Assembly: GCA_002450975.1 (NCBI GenBank)
Contig: DKAX01000097.1
Coordinates: 1 to 51,524, forward strand
Source of the DNA: Proteobacteria bacterium UBA6915
GTDB taxonomy: Bacteria; Pseudomonadota; Gammaproteobacteria; UBA6915
Length of the DNA: 51,524 nucleotides
Direction: 5' to 3'
The notes under the pieces: model-generated
The model's database searches: none
The model's input: the letters and a program-made list of their open reading frames with translations, nothing else
What the model was told of the DNA's origin: nothing
Shown here: one piece after another, positions 1-9,057 of the stretch
Layout of the letters: each line of letters starts with the position of its first letter
How positions within the stretch are numbered: the stretch's first letter is position 1
Translations under genes and position numbers: made by a program

Positions 1-199
1 CGTTTATACGTAATTTGTGCGGAAAAACGCTACCTGCGAATCTTTTGAGATTTGGAGTATTAACTTGGGCCATGTCAAAGCATTCTAAAAAGCGGCTACC
101 TATTTACCTTCACTGCCCCGTGCGCTTGGTTAATTTCTCAGAACGCGACGGGTAAGATAAGTTGCAACCTTTTAGGTGTCAAAAAATAAGAGAAATACT

Positions 200-670
200 A
201 TGAATACAGAACAAACAGAAAATTACGATCATGAGCCTGGGCATGATCTTCATTTAGAGCATGAAGACCCGACAATACGTTTTTTACATAGAATAATTAG
301 ATTCGCTGTTAAGGTGCTCGCGGTATTGATGGTTCTAGTTATTGTGTGGGGCATAGGTGATGTTATTTATGTTTTGTATCAGAGATTAACAGAGCCTCCA
401 TATCTGTTGCTCCAGATTAACGATATACTTGCTACATTCGGTGCTTTCCTGGCAGTGCTTATTGCCGTAGAGATATTTATTAATATTAGTATGTATCTCA
501 GTACAAATGTTATTCCTGTACGTCTGGTTATAGCAACTGCGTTGATGGCCATAGCCCGGAAAGTCATAATTTTTGATTTCGAACGTATATCCCCGCCATT
601 TATTTATGGTACTGCAGCTGTTGTACTTGCACTAGGAATAACATATTGGCTTATAACAAAGAGGACATAA
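200..670 (+). CDS. psiE: PsiE-family (phosphate-starvation-inducible E-like) inner membrane protein
   Basis: Small protein with about 4 hydrophobic helices and PsiE-like stretches (LAVLIAVEIFINI, ALMAIARKVIIFD). The ORF track starts at GTG 176; the first ATG is at 200. Confidence 0.55.
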   Translation: MNTEQTENYDHEPGHDLHLEHEDPTIRFLHRIIRFAVKVLAVLMVLVIVWGIGDVIYVLYQRLTEPPYLLLQINDILATFGAFLAVLIAVEIFINISMYLSTNVIPVRLVIATALMAIARKVIIFDFERISPPFIYGTAAVVLALGITYWLITKRT

Positions 671-976
671 CAATCGACTATGACCTCAAACCGGGTATCT
701 AGGCAAAATTTTCCTGCCATCAAGCAACATCTCCGGCCATGGAGTTCAGGGTGACAGGGTGCCAATGGATTTTTATATAGGCACGGGCAAAACGGATACT
801 CAAGATACGAAAGTACCACCGACAATGAGCAGTTATGTGCAATCAACTGCTGTCTGATTAATGATCGACCTAGGTAATCTGTTTAGTGGAAAAAGTAGGA
901 TGACTTGACAAATGTCAAGATGTTGAAAGTAATTTGCATGTTTAATTCATCTCTGTGACCTGCTAAGCTGTGGTTC

Positions 977-1906
977 ATGTTAAATGTAAACTACTCAAAT
1001 TATTTTATTTCACTTGTTACTGTCATTCGCCTATTTGCCTTGTTGTTGCTGGCGGGATCAACCTCCTGGGCGCAGGCAGACCAAGGCAAGCCTTTTTTAT
1101 GGCAGGTCAACGACGGTAGTCACAAGGCCTATCTGCTCGGATCCATTCATGTATTTAAGCGGGAGTTATATCCGCTGGCCCCGGTGATCGAACGCAGTTT
1201 CAAGGCCAGTGAGGTGTTGGTGGTCGAGGCCGATATCAGCTCCATCGATGCCGCGCAATACCAACAGCGTACTATGGAACTGGGCGTATTTGATCATGGA
1301 CAAACGCTTTCCAGGGTGCTGGCGCCACAAACGCGTAAACTTTTATCCAAATACAGTCAAAGCCGCGGCGTTCCGGAAGGCGCCTTTGACAATCTAAAAC
1401 CCTGGTTGGTCAATCTGACTGTGATCACTCTGGAGGCGCAGGCGTTGGGCTATGCCTTCGATCAGGGTATCGACCTGCACTTCATGCGGGCCGCCAAGGC
1501 CAGTGGTAAAAAGATCGTGGAACTCGAGGGCATGGAGCACCATTTACAGATTCTGGCGGGTGATCCACTGGATGTACAGGAGTTGACTCTGCGCGTCACG
1601 CTTCAGGATCTCGACGAGATGGATGAGGCGCTTAAGCGCATGATGCAGTATTGGCGAAAGGGTGAGGTTCAGGCTTTGACCGATTACATGCTGGAGCCCA
1701 TGCAAACCTATCCGAAACTAGAACCTTATCTGGAAAAGCTGTTGAATCAGCGTAACCGTGAAATGGCTGCGCGTATCAAAACCCTAATGGCCGAGGGTAA
1801 GACCTTGTTCGTCGTGGTCGGTGCACTGCACATGGGTGGGGCGCAGGGAATTCCGGCCTTGCTGCGCGCGCAGGGACTTGATGTCGAGCAGATGGAATTT
1901 CACTAA
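977..1906 (+). CDS. TraB/GumN family protein, probably secreted
   Basis: N-terminal signal-like segment (LLLLAGSTSWAQA). Family hallmarks are FLWQV...AYLLGSIHV near the N-terminus and FVVVGALHMGG near the C-terminus. Confidence 0.7.
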   Translation: MLNVNYSNYFISLVTVIRLFALLLLAGSTSWAQADQGKPFLWQVNDGSHKAYLLGSIHVFKRELYPLAPVIERSFKASEVLVVEADISSIDAAQYQQRTMELGVFDHGQTLSRVLAPQTRKLLSKYSQSRGVPEGAFDNLKPWLVNLTVITLEAQALGYAFDQGIDLHFMRAAKASGKKIVELEGMEHHLQILAGDPLDVQELTLRVTLQDLDEMDEALKRMMQYWRKGEVQALTDYMLEPMQTYPKLEPYLEKLLNQRNREMAARIKTLMAEGKTLFVVVGALHMGGAQGIPALLRAQGLDVEQMEFH

Positions 1907-3288
1907 CCGGGCAGTTTACTTAATAGATCCGGCTTGTCTAATAGCTTGCGAGCCATAATCAACGATGTGGCTGACCAGACCTGTTTGAAATTTGAGCGTC
2001 GACCTATCAGGCGGCCACTGCGTCCATCGTAATATTCCGGCCAATTGTCATGATGCAGTTTGTCCACGGCAGTTTGGTAGGCGCGCTCGGCCAGATCGCC
2101 GCGACCGCTTTTCAATGAAGCTGCGACAAAATACCACAATAGCGCCGGCCAGTTGCCGGCATTTTGATAGGACCAAGGGACATTTTTCGGGTCGCTACCG
2201 GTACGTACCTGCCACTCCAGTCCTTCCATGGCCGGGTAACAAATTTTCATGGGCATGGATCCGACCAGATCGGGCCAGCGGATTTCATGCAGTTTCATAA
2301 TGGCGTGGGCCTGGGTGTCCGTGGCGAGGTTGAAGATGATGGCCAGCAGGTTGCCCAGACCAAAATAACGAAAATCCATGCGTGACGCACCGACGTTACC
2401 GACCAGATAGCCGCTGTCCAGGGGTAGCCAATCGGGTAGCCAATCGGGAATGGATTCGGGATAGATATTTAACACGTTGACACTGTTGGCGCCGAATTCC
2501 TCGGTGCGATAACGGTGGATCTCGTTAAGGCGTTGCAGGTCCAGCCAGTAAAACAGGCGCACGTAGTTGCGCAGCGTCTGGGTACGGGTGTAGGCGGTTT
2601 CCTTCACTGCCTTGACGGTGGGGTCACTGTCGTCGAGCAGTTGCGGCGCCAGATTGAGGATGCCGAAGAACAGGGCCTGGATCTCCAGCGGGTGGCCATA
2701 GATGCCTAATCGCCGGTCGATCATGGAACAGGCGTCGGGTACCAATAACGCGGGACTCACCTCAAAACTGTCCTTAAGGCAAAGATGCAGTATCTGGGTC
2801 ATGGCCGCCTGAAATTCTTTGCGTTTGGCCAGTTCTTTGTCGCCGGTGACGTTGGTATAGACATAGAGCAGGATAATCCACCACATCATGGAGTCAACCG
2901 GCGCGACACGACCGATGGCGCGTTCGCCGAAGTCGGCGATGATGGTGTCCTTGCCGTCGATCTGGGTCTCGACGCGAAAACTGGCGGGCATGACGCCGGG
3001 CTGGATCTCATGACCAGCGACCACACGCTCGCGTGTACGCAAGGTGACCACAGTTTCGAGGAAGTTGCGCACGATATCGAAACGACCGTCTGCCAGAAAG
3101 ACCATGGCGGATGGGACGAAATCCCGGATAAAGCACTCTTCGTAATTAGCCGCCGCCAGCCCTTTGAAACCGGTTGCCGCCACGGTGCCGATGGGTTTAC
3201 CCTCGAAGTAGATGATGGAATCTTCCAATAATTGATAGGCTGACTTGAGAATTTTCTTCGACATAACGGACCCGATCGTGACAAACAT
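1903..3288 (-). CDS. Alkaline/neutral invertase (GH100, alpha/alpha-6 barrel)
   Basis: 461 aa with GH100-like blocks: CFIRDFVPSAMVFL, GRVAPVDSMMWWIILL, DACSMIDRRLGIYGHPLEIQALFF, YQNAGNWPALLW. An alternative ATG is at 3264. It sits divergent from the fructokinase gene. Confidence 0.8.
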   Translation of the reverse strand: MFVTIGSVMSKKILKSAYQLLEDSIIYFEGKPIGTVAATGFKGLAAANYEECFIRDFVPSAMVFLADGRFDIVRNFLETVVTLRTRERVVAGHEIQPGVMPASFRVETQIDGKDTIIADFGERAIGRVAPVDSMMWWIILLYVYTNVTGDKELAKRKEFQAAMTQILHLCLKDSFEVSPALLVPDACSMIDRRLGIYGHPLEIQALFFGILNLAPQLLDDSDPTVKAVKETAYTRTQTLRNYVRLFYWLDLQRLNEIHRYRTEEFGANSVNVLNIYPESIPDWLPDWLPLDSGYLVGNVGASRMDFRYFGLGNLLAIIFNLATDTQAHAIMKLHEIRWPDLVGSMPMKICYPAMEGLEWQVRTGSDPKNVPWSYQNAGNWPALLWYFVAASLKSGRGDLAERAYQTAVDKLHHDNWPEYYDGRSGRLIGRRSNFKQVWSATSLIMARKLLDKPDLLSKLPG

Positions 3289-3373
3289 CTATAATTATAG
3301 TGATTGCTAGGGCGACATGCCATGGCAAAATCGGTTTAATCAAATTTATATGCTATAAAGGGAGTCCATTCTT

Positions 3374-4282
3374 ATGCAAACAGGCGCACGTCCCCTGATT
3401 TTCGGCGAGGTGTTGTTTGATCAGTTCGAAGATGGTAATCAGGTGTTGGGCGGCGCGCCATTCAACGTTGCCTGGCATTTGCAAGGATTTGGTTACGAAC
3501 CGCTGTTTGTCAGTCGAGTTGGAAATGATGATCCAGGACGCTTTGTCCTGGATACTATGCAACAATGGGGCATGGATAGTCGCGGCGTCCAGACTGATGC
3601 CAAGCGTTCAACAGGTCTGGTGAAGGTGCGCTTTTCCGGACGGAGTCCGGGCTACGAGATTGTTAAAGATTCCGCCTATGATTTTATCGATGCCGAGACG
3701 GCCTTGGCTGCGGTTGCCAACCTACCGGTGAGTCTGATCTATCACGGCACCCTGGCGACGCGTTCGAATATTTCTTTATATGCGTTGACCAGATTGCGTC
3801 AGGTGCTGAAAGCGCCGGTATTTGTCGATGTTAATCTACGCACGCCCTGGTGGAGTCAGGAGCTAGTGGCGCAGTTATTGACGGGGGCTAACTGGCTGAA
3901 ACTCAATGACGAAGAGATCATGGTTTTGCGAAATTTGCCGCAGGGGGATACCGGCACCTATCTTCGTAGCGCACAAACCTTGCGCGGTGAATATGGCTTG
4001 CAGGCGATGGTTTTGACCCGTGGCGAGGAGGGGGCGATGATCCTCGACGACGACGGTGTCAGTAGTATTCAATCCATGCCGGTCATGGATCTGGTCGATA
4101 CGGTCGGTGCCGGCGATGCTTTTGCCGCTGTTACCATCATCGCCTTGTTGGAGCGGTGGGATAATGCCACTTGTCTAGCGCGCGCCAGTGAATTCGCCGC
4201 CGAGGTTTGCCGCCAGAGAGGCGCATTGGTGACGGACCCGGAACTATATCAATCAATGAGCGATAAATGGAGAGATGATTAA
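3374..4282 (+). CDS. PfkB-family sugar kinase, probable fructokinase
   Basis: GGAPFNVA N-terminal motif and C-terminal DTVGAGDAF ribokinase/PfkB signature. An AAGGGAG RBS lies upstream. The gene overlaps the SPS gene by 8 nt. Confidence 0.75.
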   Translation: MQTGARPLIFGEVLFDQFEDGNQVLGGAPFNVAWHLQGFGYEPLFVSRVGNDDPGRFVLDTMQQWGMDSRGVQTDAKRSTGLVKVRFSGRSPGYEIVKDSAYDFIDAETALAAVANLPVSLIYHGTLATRSNISLYALTRLRQVLKAPVFVDVNLRTPWWSQELVAQLLTGANWLKLNDEEIMVLRNLPQGDTGTYLRSAQTLRGEYGLQAMVLTRGEEGAMILDDDGVSSIQSMPVMDLVDTVGAGDAFAAVTIIALLERWDNATCLARASEFAAEVCRQRGALVTDPELYQSMSDKWRDD

Positions 4283-6494
4283 ACAAGAAAACCGACAGGG
4301 CTTGTATATTGTATTGATCAGCGTTCACGGTCTGATGCGCGGGCGTGCCATGGAGTTGGGCCGTGATGCGGATACAGGTGGACAAATTCTCTATGTGGTG
4401 GAACTGGCACGCGCCCTAGCGGCACATCCGCAGGTGGCGCAGGTCGACCTACTCACCCGGCGGGTGATGGATAAAAAGGTCAGCGCCGATTATGCACAAA
4501 TCGAAGAACCCTTGTGTGACGGCGCGCGTATTGTGCGTCTTGAATGTGGGCCGCGGCGCTATTTACGCAAAGAGGTGCTGTGGCCTTATCTTGATACCTT
4601 TGTCGATCAGGCATTACAACATATACGTGGTGTTGGTCGAGTACCCGATATATTGCATAGCCACTATGCCGACGCAGGTTATATCGGTTCTCATCTTGCA
4701 GGTCTGCTAGGTATTCCCTTGGTTCATACCGGCCACTCCCTGGGGCGTGACAAGCGTGAGCAATTATTACGCAAGGGGGCGAAAGAGTCGCAGATCGAGA
4801 GTCAATATACTATCAGCAGACGCATCGAGGCGGAGGAGTCGACCCTGGACAGCGCCTCGCTGGTTATTGCCAGCACTGCCCAGGAGGTGGAACAACAATA
4901 CGCCCGCTACGATAACTATCAGCCCAAGCGTATGGTGGTTTTGCCGCCGGGCGTCGACCTCAGTCGCTTTCAACAACCGCGGCGTTACCAGAAATTTCCC
5001 GGTATCAGTGAAATCATCAGCCCTTTTCTGCGTCAACCCAACAGGCCAGCCATACTGGCTTTGTCACGAGCCGATGAACGCAAGAATATCGCTGCACTGG
5101 TACATGCCTATGGTCAATCACCGCAATTGCGGGAGTTGGCCAATCTGATTATTGTCGCGGGTAATCGTGATGACATCGACCAAATGGAGAAGGGATCACA
5201 ACAGGTATTGAATCAGTTATTGAAGTTGATCGACCGCTATGATCTCTATGGTCTGGTGGCCTACCCCAAACACCACTCTGCCGATGATGTACCGCATTTT
5301 TATCAATATGCAGCTTACCACAAAGGTGTGTTTGTCAATCCGGCATTGACCGAGCCCTTTGGACTGACCTTGATTGAGGCGGCGGCCAGCGGGTTGCCGG
5401 TGGTGGCGACACACGATGGTGGTCCCAGCGATATCATCAAACATTGTAAAAACGGACTGTTGATCGATCCCCTGGATGTGGATGCCCTGGCGCGTAGTCT
5501 TACGGATGCTTTGTCGGATAAAAAACGCTGGCGGCGCTGGTCGGAGTCAGGTGTGCGTGGCGCTCACCGATTCTATTCCTGGCCAGGCCATGCCGATAAT
5601 TATGTGCGTCAGATTTTGCGCCTGATACCAAAGTCGCGACAGCATGCTGCAAGCCTGCCGGGGCGTAGCCGTCTGCCCACCGCGGATCGCATTGCCATTA
5701 CCAGTATTGATAATGCCTTGCTCGGTGACAACGATGGTTTGTTACGTCTAATCCAATTATTGAAGCGGCGGGCAGGTGATGGTCATGTCGCGTTAGGAGT
5801 GGCCACCGGACGCCGTCTGGATAACGTGCTGCGCCTACTCAAGCAATGGTCGCTTCCGGTACCGGATCTGTTGATCACCTCGGTAGGCAGTGAGATACAC
5901 TATGGTCATCCCGGGCGCCCGGGGCATCGGGTGGTTGCCGATTTGAGTTGGCAACAACATATCAATTTTCGCTGGCAACCGGAACGGGTGCGCGAGGTTA
6001 TGACGCAGTTGCCCGGTATCAAGGCCAATTTCAAGAGCGAACAGGGTGCCTATAAAATCAGTTATTACATCGATCCCGATAGCGCGCCCAGCGTGAAAGA
6101 GATCAAGCGTCATTTGCGCCGACACGATCTACATGCCAACGTAATCGCGTCACATGACGCCTATCTTGACATACTTCCAATACGCGCCTCCAAGGGGCAG
6201 GCCATCCGTTATCTGGCTCTGAAGTGGGGGATCCCTCTGGACCATTTTCTGGTGGTGGGGGATTCGGGCAATGATGCTGAAATGTTGCGCGGTGATACAC
6301 TGGCCGTGGTGGTGGCCAATCACAGCAGGGAACTGGAGCCGCTCAAAGGCCGGGCGCGAATCTATTTCGCAAGTAATCCATACGCGCTAGGTATTATCGA
6401 AGGGCTAGAGCATTATAATTTTTTCGGAGATATACGGATCGACGACGACGTCGGGCTCGAATCCCTTGTCGAGACCGCTACCGATTACGAATAA
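4275..6494 (+). CDS. sps: Sucrose-phosphate synthase (GT4 glycosyltransferase domain fused to an SPP-like HAD domain)
   Basis: 739 aa. N-terminal blocks: YIVLISVHGL, GRDADTGGQILYVVELARAL, HSHYADAG. GT4 C-terminal block: NPALTEPFGLTLIEAAASGLPVVAT. The C-terminal HAD-IIB-like domain contains GDSGNDAEML. Confidence 0.85.
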   Translation: MIKQENRQGLYIVLISVHGLMRGRAMELGRDADTGGQILYVVELARALAAHPQVAQVDLLTRRVMDKKVSADYAQIEEPLCDGARIVRLECGPRRYLRKEVLWPYLDTFVDQALQHIRGVGRVPDILHSHYADAGYIGSHLAGLLGIPLVHTGHSLGRDKREQLLRKGAKESQIESQYTISRRIEAEESTLDSASLVIASTAQEVEQQYARYDNYQPKRMVVLPPGVDLSRFQQPRRYQKFPGISEIISPFLRQPNRPAILALSRADERKNIAALVHAYGQSPQLRELANLIIVAGNRDDIDQMEKGSQQVLNQLLKLIDRYDLYGLVAYPKHHSADDVPHFYQYAAYHKGVFVNPALTEPFGLTLIEAAASGLPVVATHDGGPSDIIKHCKNGLLIDPLDVDALARSLTDALSDKKRWRRWSESGVRGAHRFYSWPGHADNYVRQILRLIPKSRQHAASLPGRSRLPTADRIAITSIDNALLGDNDGLLRLIQLLKRRAGDGHVALGVATGRRLDNVLRLLKQWSLPVPDLLITSVGSEIHYGHPGRPGHRVVADLSWQQHINFRWQPERVREVMTQLPGIKANFKSEQGAYKISYYIDPDSAPSVKEIKRHLRRHDLHANVIASHDAYLDILPIRASKGQAIRYLALKWGIPLDHFLVVGDSGNDAEMLRGDTLAVVVANHSRELEPLKGRARIYFASNPYALGIIEGLEHYNFFGDIRIDDDVGLESLVETATDYE

Positions 6495-6497
6495 TGC

Positions 6498-7349
6498 TCA
6501 GGTCTCACGGGTTAGCCAGCTTTTTAACTTGGGAAAATAGTGTAATACACCCTCGATGACACCGGCGGAGTAGTTTCCGTTCAGTGACAATACATCACCC
6601 TGGGCGATATAGAGTTTGTCTTGCGTATGGAATTTTTCCGCCTCGCGGTGGGCTTGCGCAATCACATCAGGGTGGGCGTTCTTCACCAGAATACTGGCGA
6701 TTTCACTGGTCACTACCGGCAGGTCGTTACCGCTGTCACCAGCGAAGACTATCTCATCCGTTTCAAAACCGAGATTTTGCGCCAAAAAAAGGATGCCATG
6801 CAGCTTGGTGGCGTTGGCCGGCAGGATATCAAGAAGAACCGTATTGGCCTGTTCGTCCACGCTCCAGATGACACTGGCGCGGATGCCTGATTTTTTCATC
6901 CTCTGTTCTATGGTTGAAAGCAGGTTGTCTTTGTCTGCGTCTATGGGGAGATAGTAGCTCAGCTTGAAGGTATTCTGTTTTTCCACCTCCTGCAGGCGCA
7001 AGGGGGCCACATCCGCGAGCAGGGCGTGTAATTCTTCACGCGTTTTGCCGTTCCAATTCGGGGCTATCTCCGTGTGCCAATCGGGCCAGGGTTGCCAGTT
7101 ACCGTCTGTGTCTATGGCATAGATTGTGGTGCCAACATCGCCGATAGCATAGTTGGGTGATGGCAGTTCATAATGAGCTATTGCCTCTTTCAATAGATGC
7201 TGATCGCGACCACTGACATAGACCAGGGTGATATCAGGGTGTGATACCAGCAGGCGAAATAGCGCCAAGGAACCCGGCGTTTCATCGGCATCGCCATTGG
7301 GGATGACAGTGCGATCCAGATCGGTACAGAGTAGCAGTTTAGGTTTCAT
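6498..7349 (-). CDS. HAD-IIB phosphatase, probable sucrose-6F-phosphate phosphohydrolase
   Basis: Intact DxDxT motif (LLCTDLDRTV) and GDSGND motif (FAGDSGNDLPV). The start is taken at the ATG giving MKPKLLLC. The longer ORF-track start at 7397 would overlap the upstream gene by 59 nt. Confidence 0.65.
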   Translation of the reverse strand: MKPKLLLCTDLDRTVIPNGDADETPGSLALFRLLVSHPDITLVYVSGRDQHLLKEAIAHYELPSPNYAIGDVGTTIYAIDTDGNWQPWPDWHTEIAPNWNGKTREELHALLADVAPLRLQEVEKQNTFKLSYYLPIDADKDNLLSTIEQRMKKSGIRASVIWSVDEQANTVLLDILPANATKLHGILFLAQNLGFETDEIVFAGDSGNDLPVVTSEIASILVKNAHPDVIAQAHREAEKFHTQDKLYIAQGDVLSLNGNYSAGVIEGVLHYFPKLKSWLTRET

Positions 7350-8649
7350 CAAAGTCGCCTTGAAAAAGATGAACATCGTTGAGCGCGGTATGTGCAATGA
7401 TCAGCGCAGCCGCGCTCCAGCCCATATAGCGTGTACCACCGGCCGCCAGCGTCTGCCCGTTCAGATATTCCGGAAAGGACCAGGGATTACCCTCTTTATC
7501 GTCCAGGCTACAGGCGTGGATCAGGCCTTGCAAGAATCTTTTTGCCCGGGGTTGTTGGCCACGTCGGCACAGATCACTGATATAGAATCCGCTAATCATG
7601 GGCCACAGGCCGCCGTTATGGTACTCATGGGGCTGATTGCGAAAGGTAAATGAGAAGGTCATCTGCAGTTCCTGCCAGTCGCGATCCTTGGGTTCGATAA
7701 TGGGGTAAAAGGCCGGAAGTAATGGTTTGTCTTTTTGCACGATGGAATCGATGAACGCGTCAACCTGTGTGCACTGCTGTTCATCGGCAATCTGAAACAG
7801 CGAGGCCAGCACATTGGCAAAGCTGTCAAAGCGATAGCTGTAGCCGCTGGGTGAGAAGGCGGGCATCCAATAATCGCCACAGCGTAACGGCGCCGCCTGT
7901 TGGCCCTTGCTGAAGAAGGTCTCGTGATAAATATCTCCGCTCTCCACGGGATGATCATTGAACCAATAGTTTGCCTGGATCAGGTGTTTCAAATGGGTAG
8001 CCTTTTCCAGAAGTAGATGATCGGTATTGCGATGGATGTATCCATGCAGGCGTGCCAGATCATTGAGTGCCTGGTAGTAGAGCAACTGGTCATACAGTAC
8101 ATAGCCGTCAAGGACATATTCGTCGGCCCAGTCGCCCGCCTTAGGCACATAGAGCAGGCCGCGATTGTTGTATTCCCAGGCTCCCAACAGGAAACGCACC
8201 TTTTCCAGTACAGGTAGCATTTGTTGCAGAAATTCGTTGTCGCGACTGGCCTGCCAATATTGCCGGCAACCGATGATGAACCAGAGGTCGGCGTCGACTC
8301 GACCGGTAGTACCACCGTAGCTAACGCGTCCGGTCGCTGCATCCACATTACTGGGGATTTCGCCGTGGGGACCCTGGTGAGCCGCCAGGGTCAATAGAGT
8401 TCTGCGCAGTCCGGCGATCAAGTCCTGTTCACCGCTGGCAATGGCCGCCAGTCCCATGACGACACCGTCCCTTGCCCAGGTTCTGCGGTAGTTGACCGAT
8501 TGGGTTGGCGTGGCCAAAAAACCGGTTTCGCTGTTGAGATTGCGCAATAGTGAAATAGCCTGCGAATATCCGGGCAAATTGTCCATGGCTATACCTGATT
8601 TGAACATGCCTAGTAAGATTTTAGCTGGTATTGCCTTTGTGAGTGACAA
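7339..8649 (-). CDS. Alpha/alpha-6-barrel glycoside hydrolase, GH100-invertase-like / amylo-alpha-1,6-glucosidase-like
   Basis: Blocks YRRTWARDGVVMGLAA, GRVDADLWFIIG and YHNGGLWPMISGFY parallel the invertase at 1903-3288. The ORF-track start at 8649 is a TTG. In-frame ATGs are at 8607 and 8586, so the start is uncertain. Confidence 0.55.
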   Translation of the reverse strand: MSLTKAIPAKILLGMFKSGIAMDNLPGYSQAISLLRNLNSETGFLATPTQSVNYRRTWARDGVVMGLAAIASGEQDLIAGLRRTLLTLAAHQGPHGEIPSNVDAATGRVSYGGTTGRVDADLWFIIGCRQYWQASRDNEFLQQMLPVLEKVRFLLGAWEYNNRGLLYVPKAGDWADEYVLDGYVLYDQLLYYQALNDLARLHGYIHRNTDHLLLEKATHLKHLIQANYWFNDHPVESGDIYHETFFSKGQQAAPLRCGDYWMPAFSPSGYSYRFDSFANVLASLFQIADEQQCTQVDAFIDSIVQKDKPLLPAFYPIIEPKDRDWQELQMTFSFTFRNQPHEYHNGGLWPMISGFYISDLCRRGQQPRAKRFLQGLIHACSLDDKEGNPWSFPEYLNGQTLAAGGTRYMGWSAAALIIAHTALNDVHLFQGDFDET

Positions 8650-8698
8650 TTTTAGTCAGTGACCACTGAAAAACCGGTGATAGTGACCAATTTTGTCA
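8642..8698. promoter_or_regulatory. Two copies of an AGTGAC(C)AATTTT(A)GTCA element at or just upstream of the 5' end of the hydrolase-phosphatase operon
   Basis: AGTGACAATTTTAGTCA lies at 8642-8658 and AGTGACCAATTTTGTCA at 8682-8698. Each contains a TGAC-N-GTCA inverted repeat. The operator function is only inferred. Confidence 0.3.
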
Positions 8699-8958
8699 CT
8701 TGCATTGATGCTGTCCCCAGGCAAACAAGTGTTTTCCAATGCGAGTCCACTGGAAATATTTCACACTATATTGACTGATATACCCTATAGTCGTGAATTA
8801 ATTCCCGGTTTTAAATAGCCCAACAGAGAGTAGAGTGCCTGCCGGCAAGCATTGGCACGCATAGTGTTATATACCATATGCGTTTTCTTCTTTATCGAGT
8901 CCTCGGTAAAGAAGGGGAAGTTTCTCCTTCCACATGTATTAACGCGAGCGTAGCCTTG

Positions 8959-8992
8959 GCAAGTTGTAGCGATCCTACAACTTGCTTTTTTT
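8959..8992 (+). terminator. Rho-independent terminator-like hairpin on the + strand
   Basis: A perfect 11-bp stem (GCAAGTTGTAG / CTACAACTTGC) with a 5-nt loop (CGATC) is followed by TTTTTTT. No annotated + strand gene lies upstream. Confidence 0.55.
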
Positions 8993-9057
8993 ATGCTCAC
9001 GGTTTCTGTTGTTATACCGACATACTCTGATGACAGTTAATCTGTTCGTGAACGGGT

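Noticed and set aside
72-155. 27-codon + strand mini-ORF (MSKHSKKRLPIYLHCPVRLVNFSERDG) near the left edge
   Set aside because: It is too short, with no recognisable family and no clear RBS. It cannot be supported from sequence alone.
604-846. 80-aa minus-strand ORF downstream of the PsiE-like gene
   Set aside because: It overlaps the PsiE 3' end and has a Cys/Pro-rich shadow composition with no motif.
8785-9000. 71-aa minus-strand ORF in the intergenic region upstream of the histidine kinase
   Set aside because: Its 5' end spans the terminator hairpin, there is no RBS, and the composition is Cys/Arg-rich. It is most likely non-coding.
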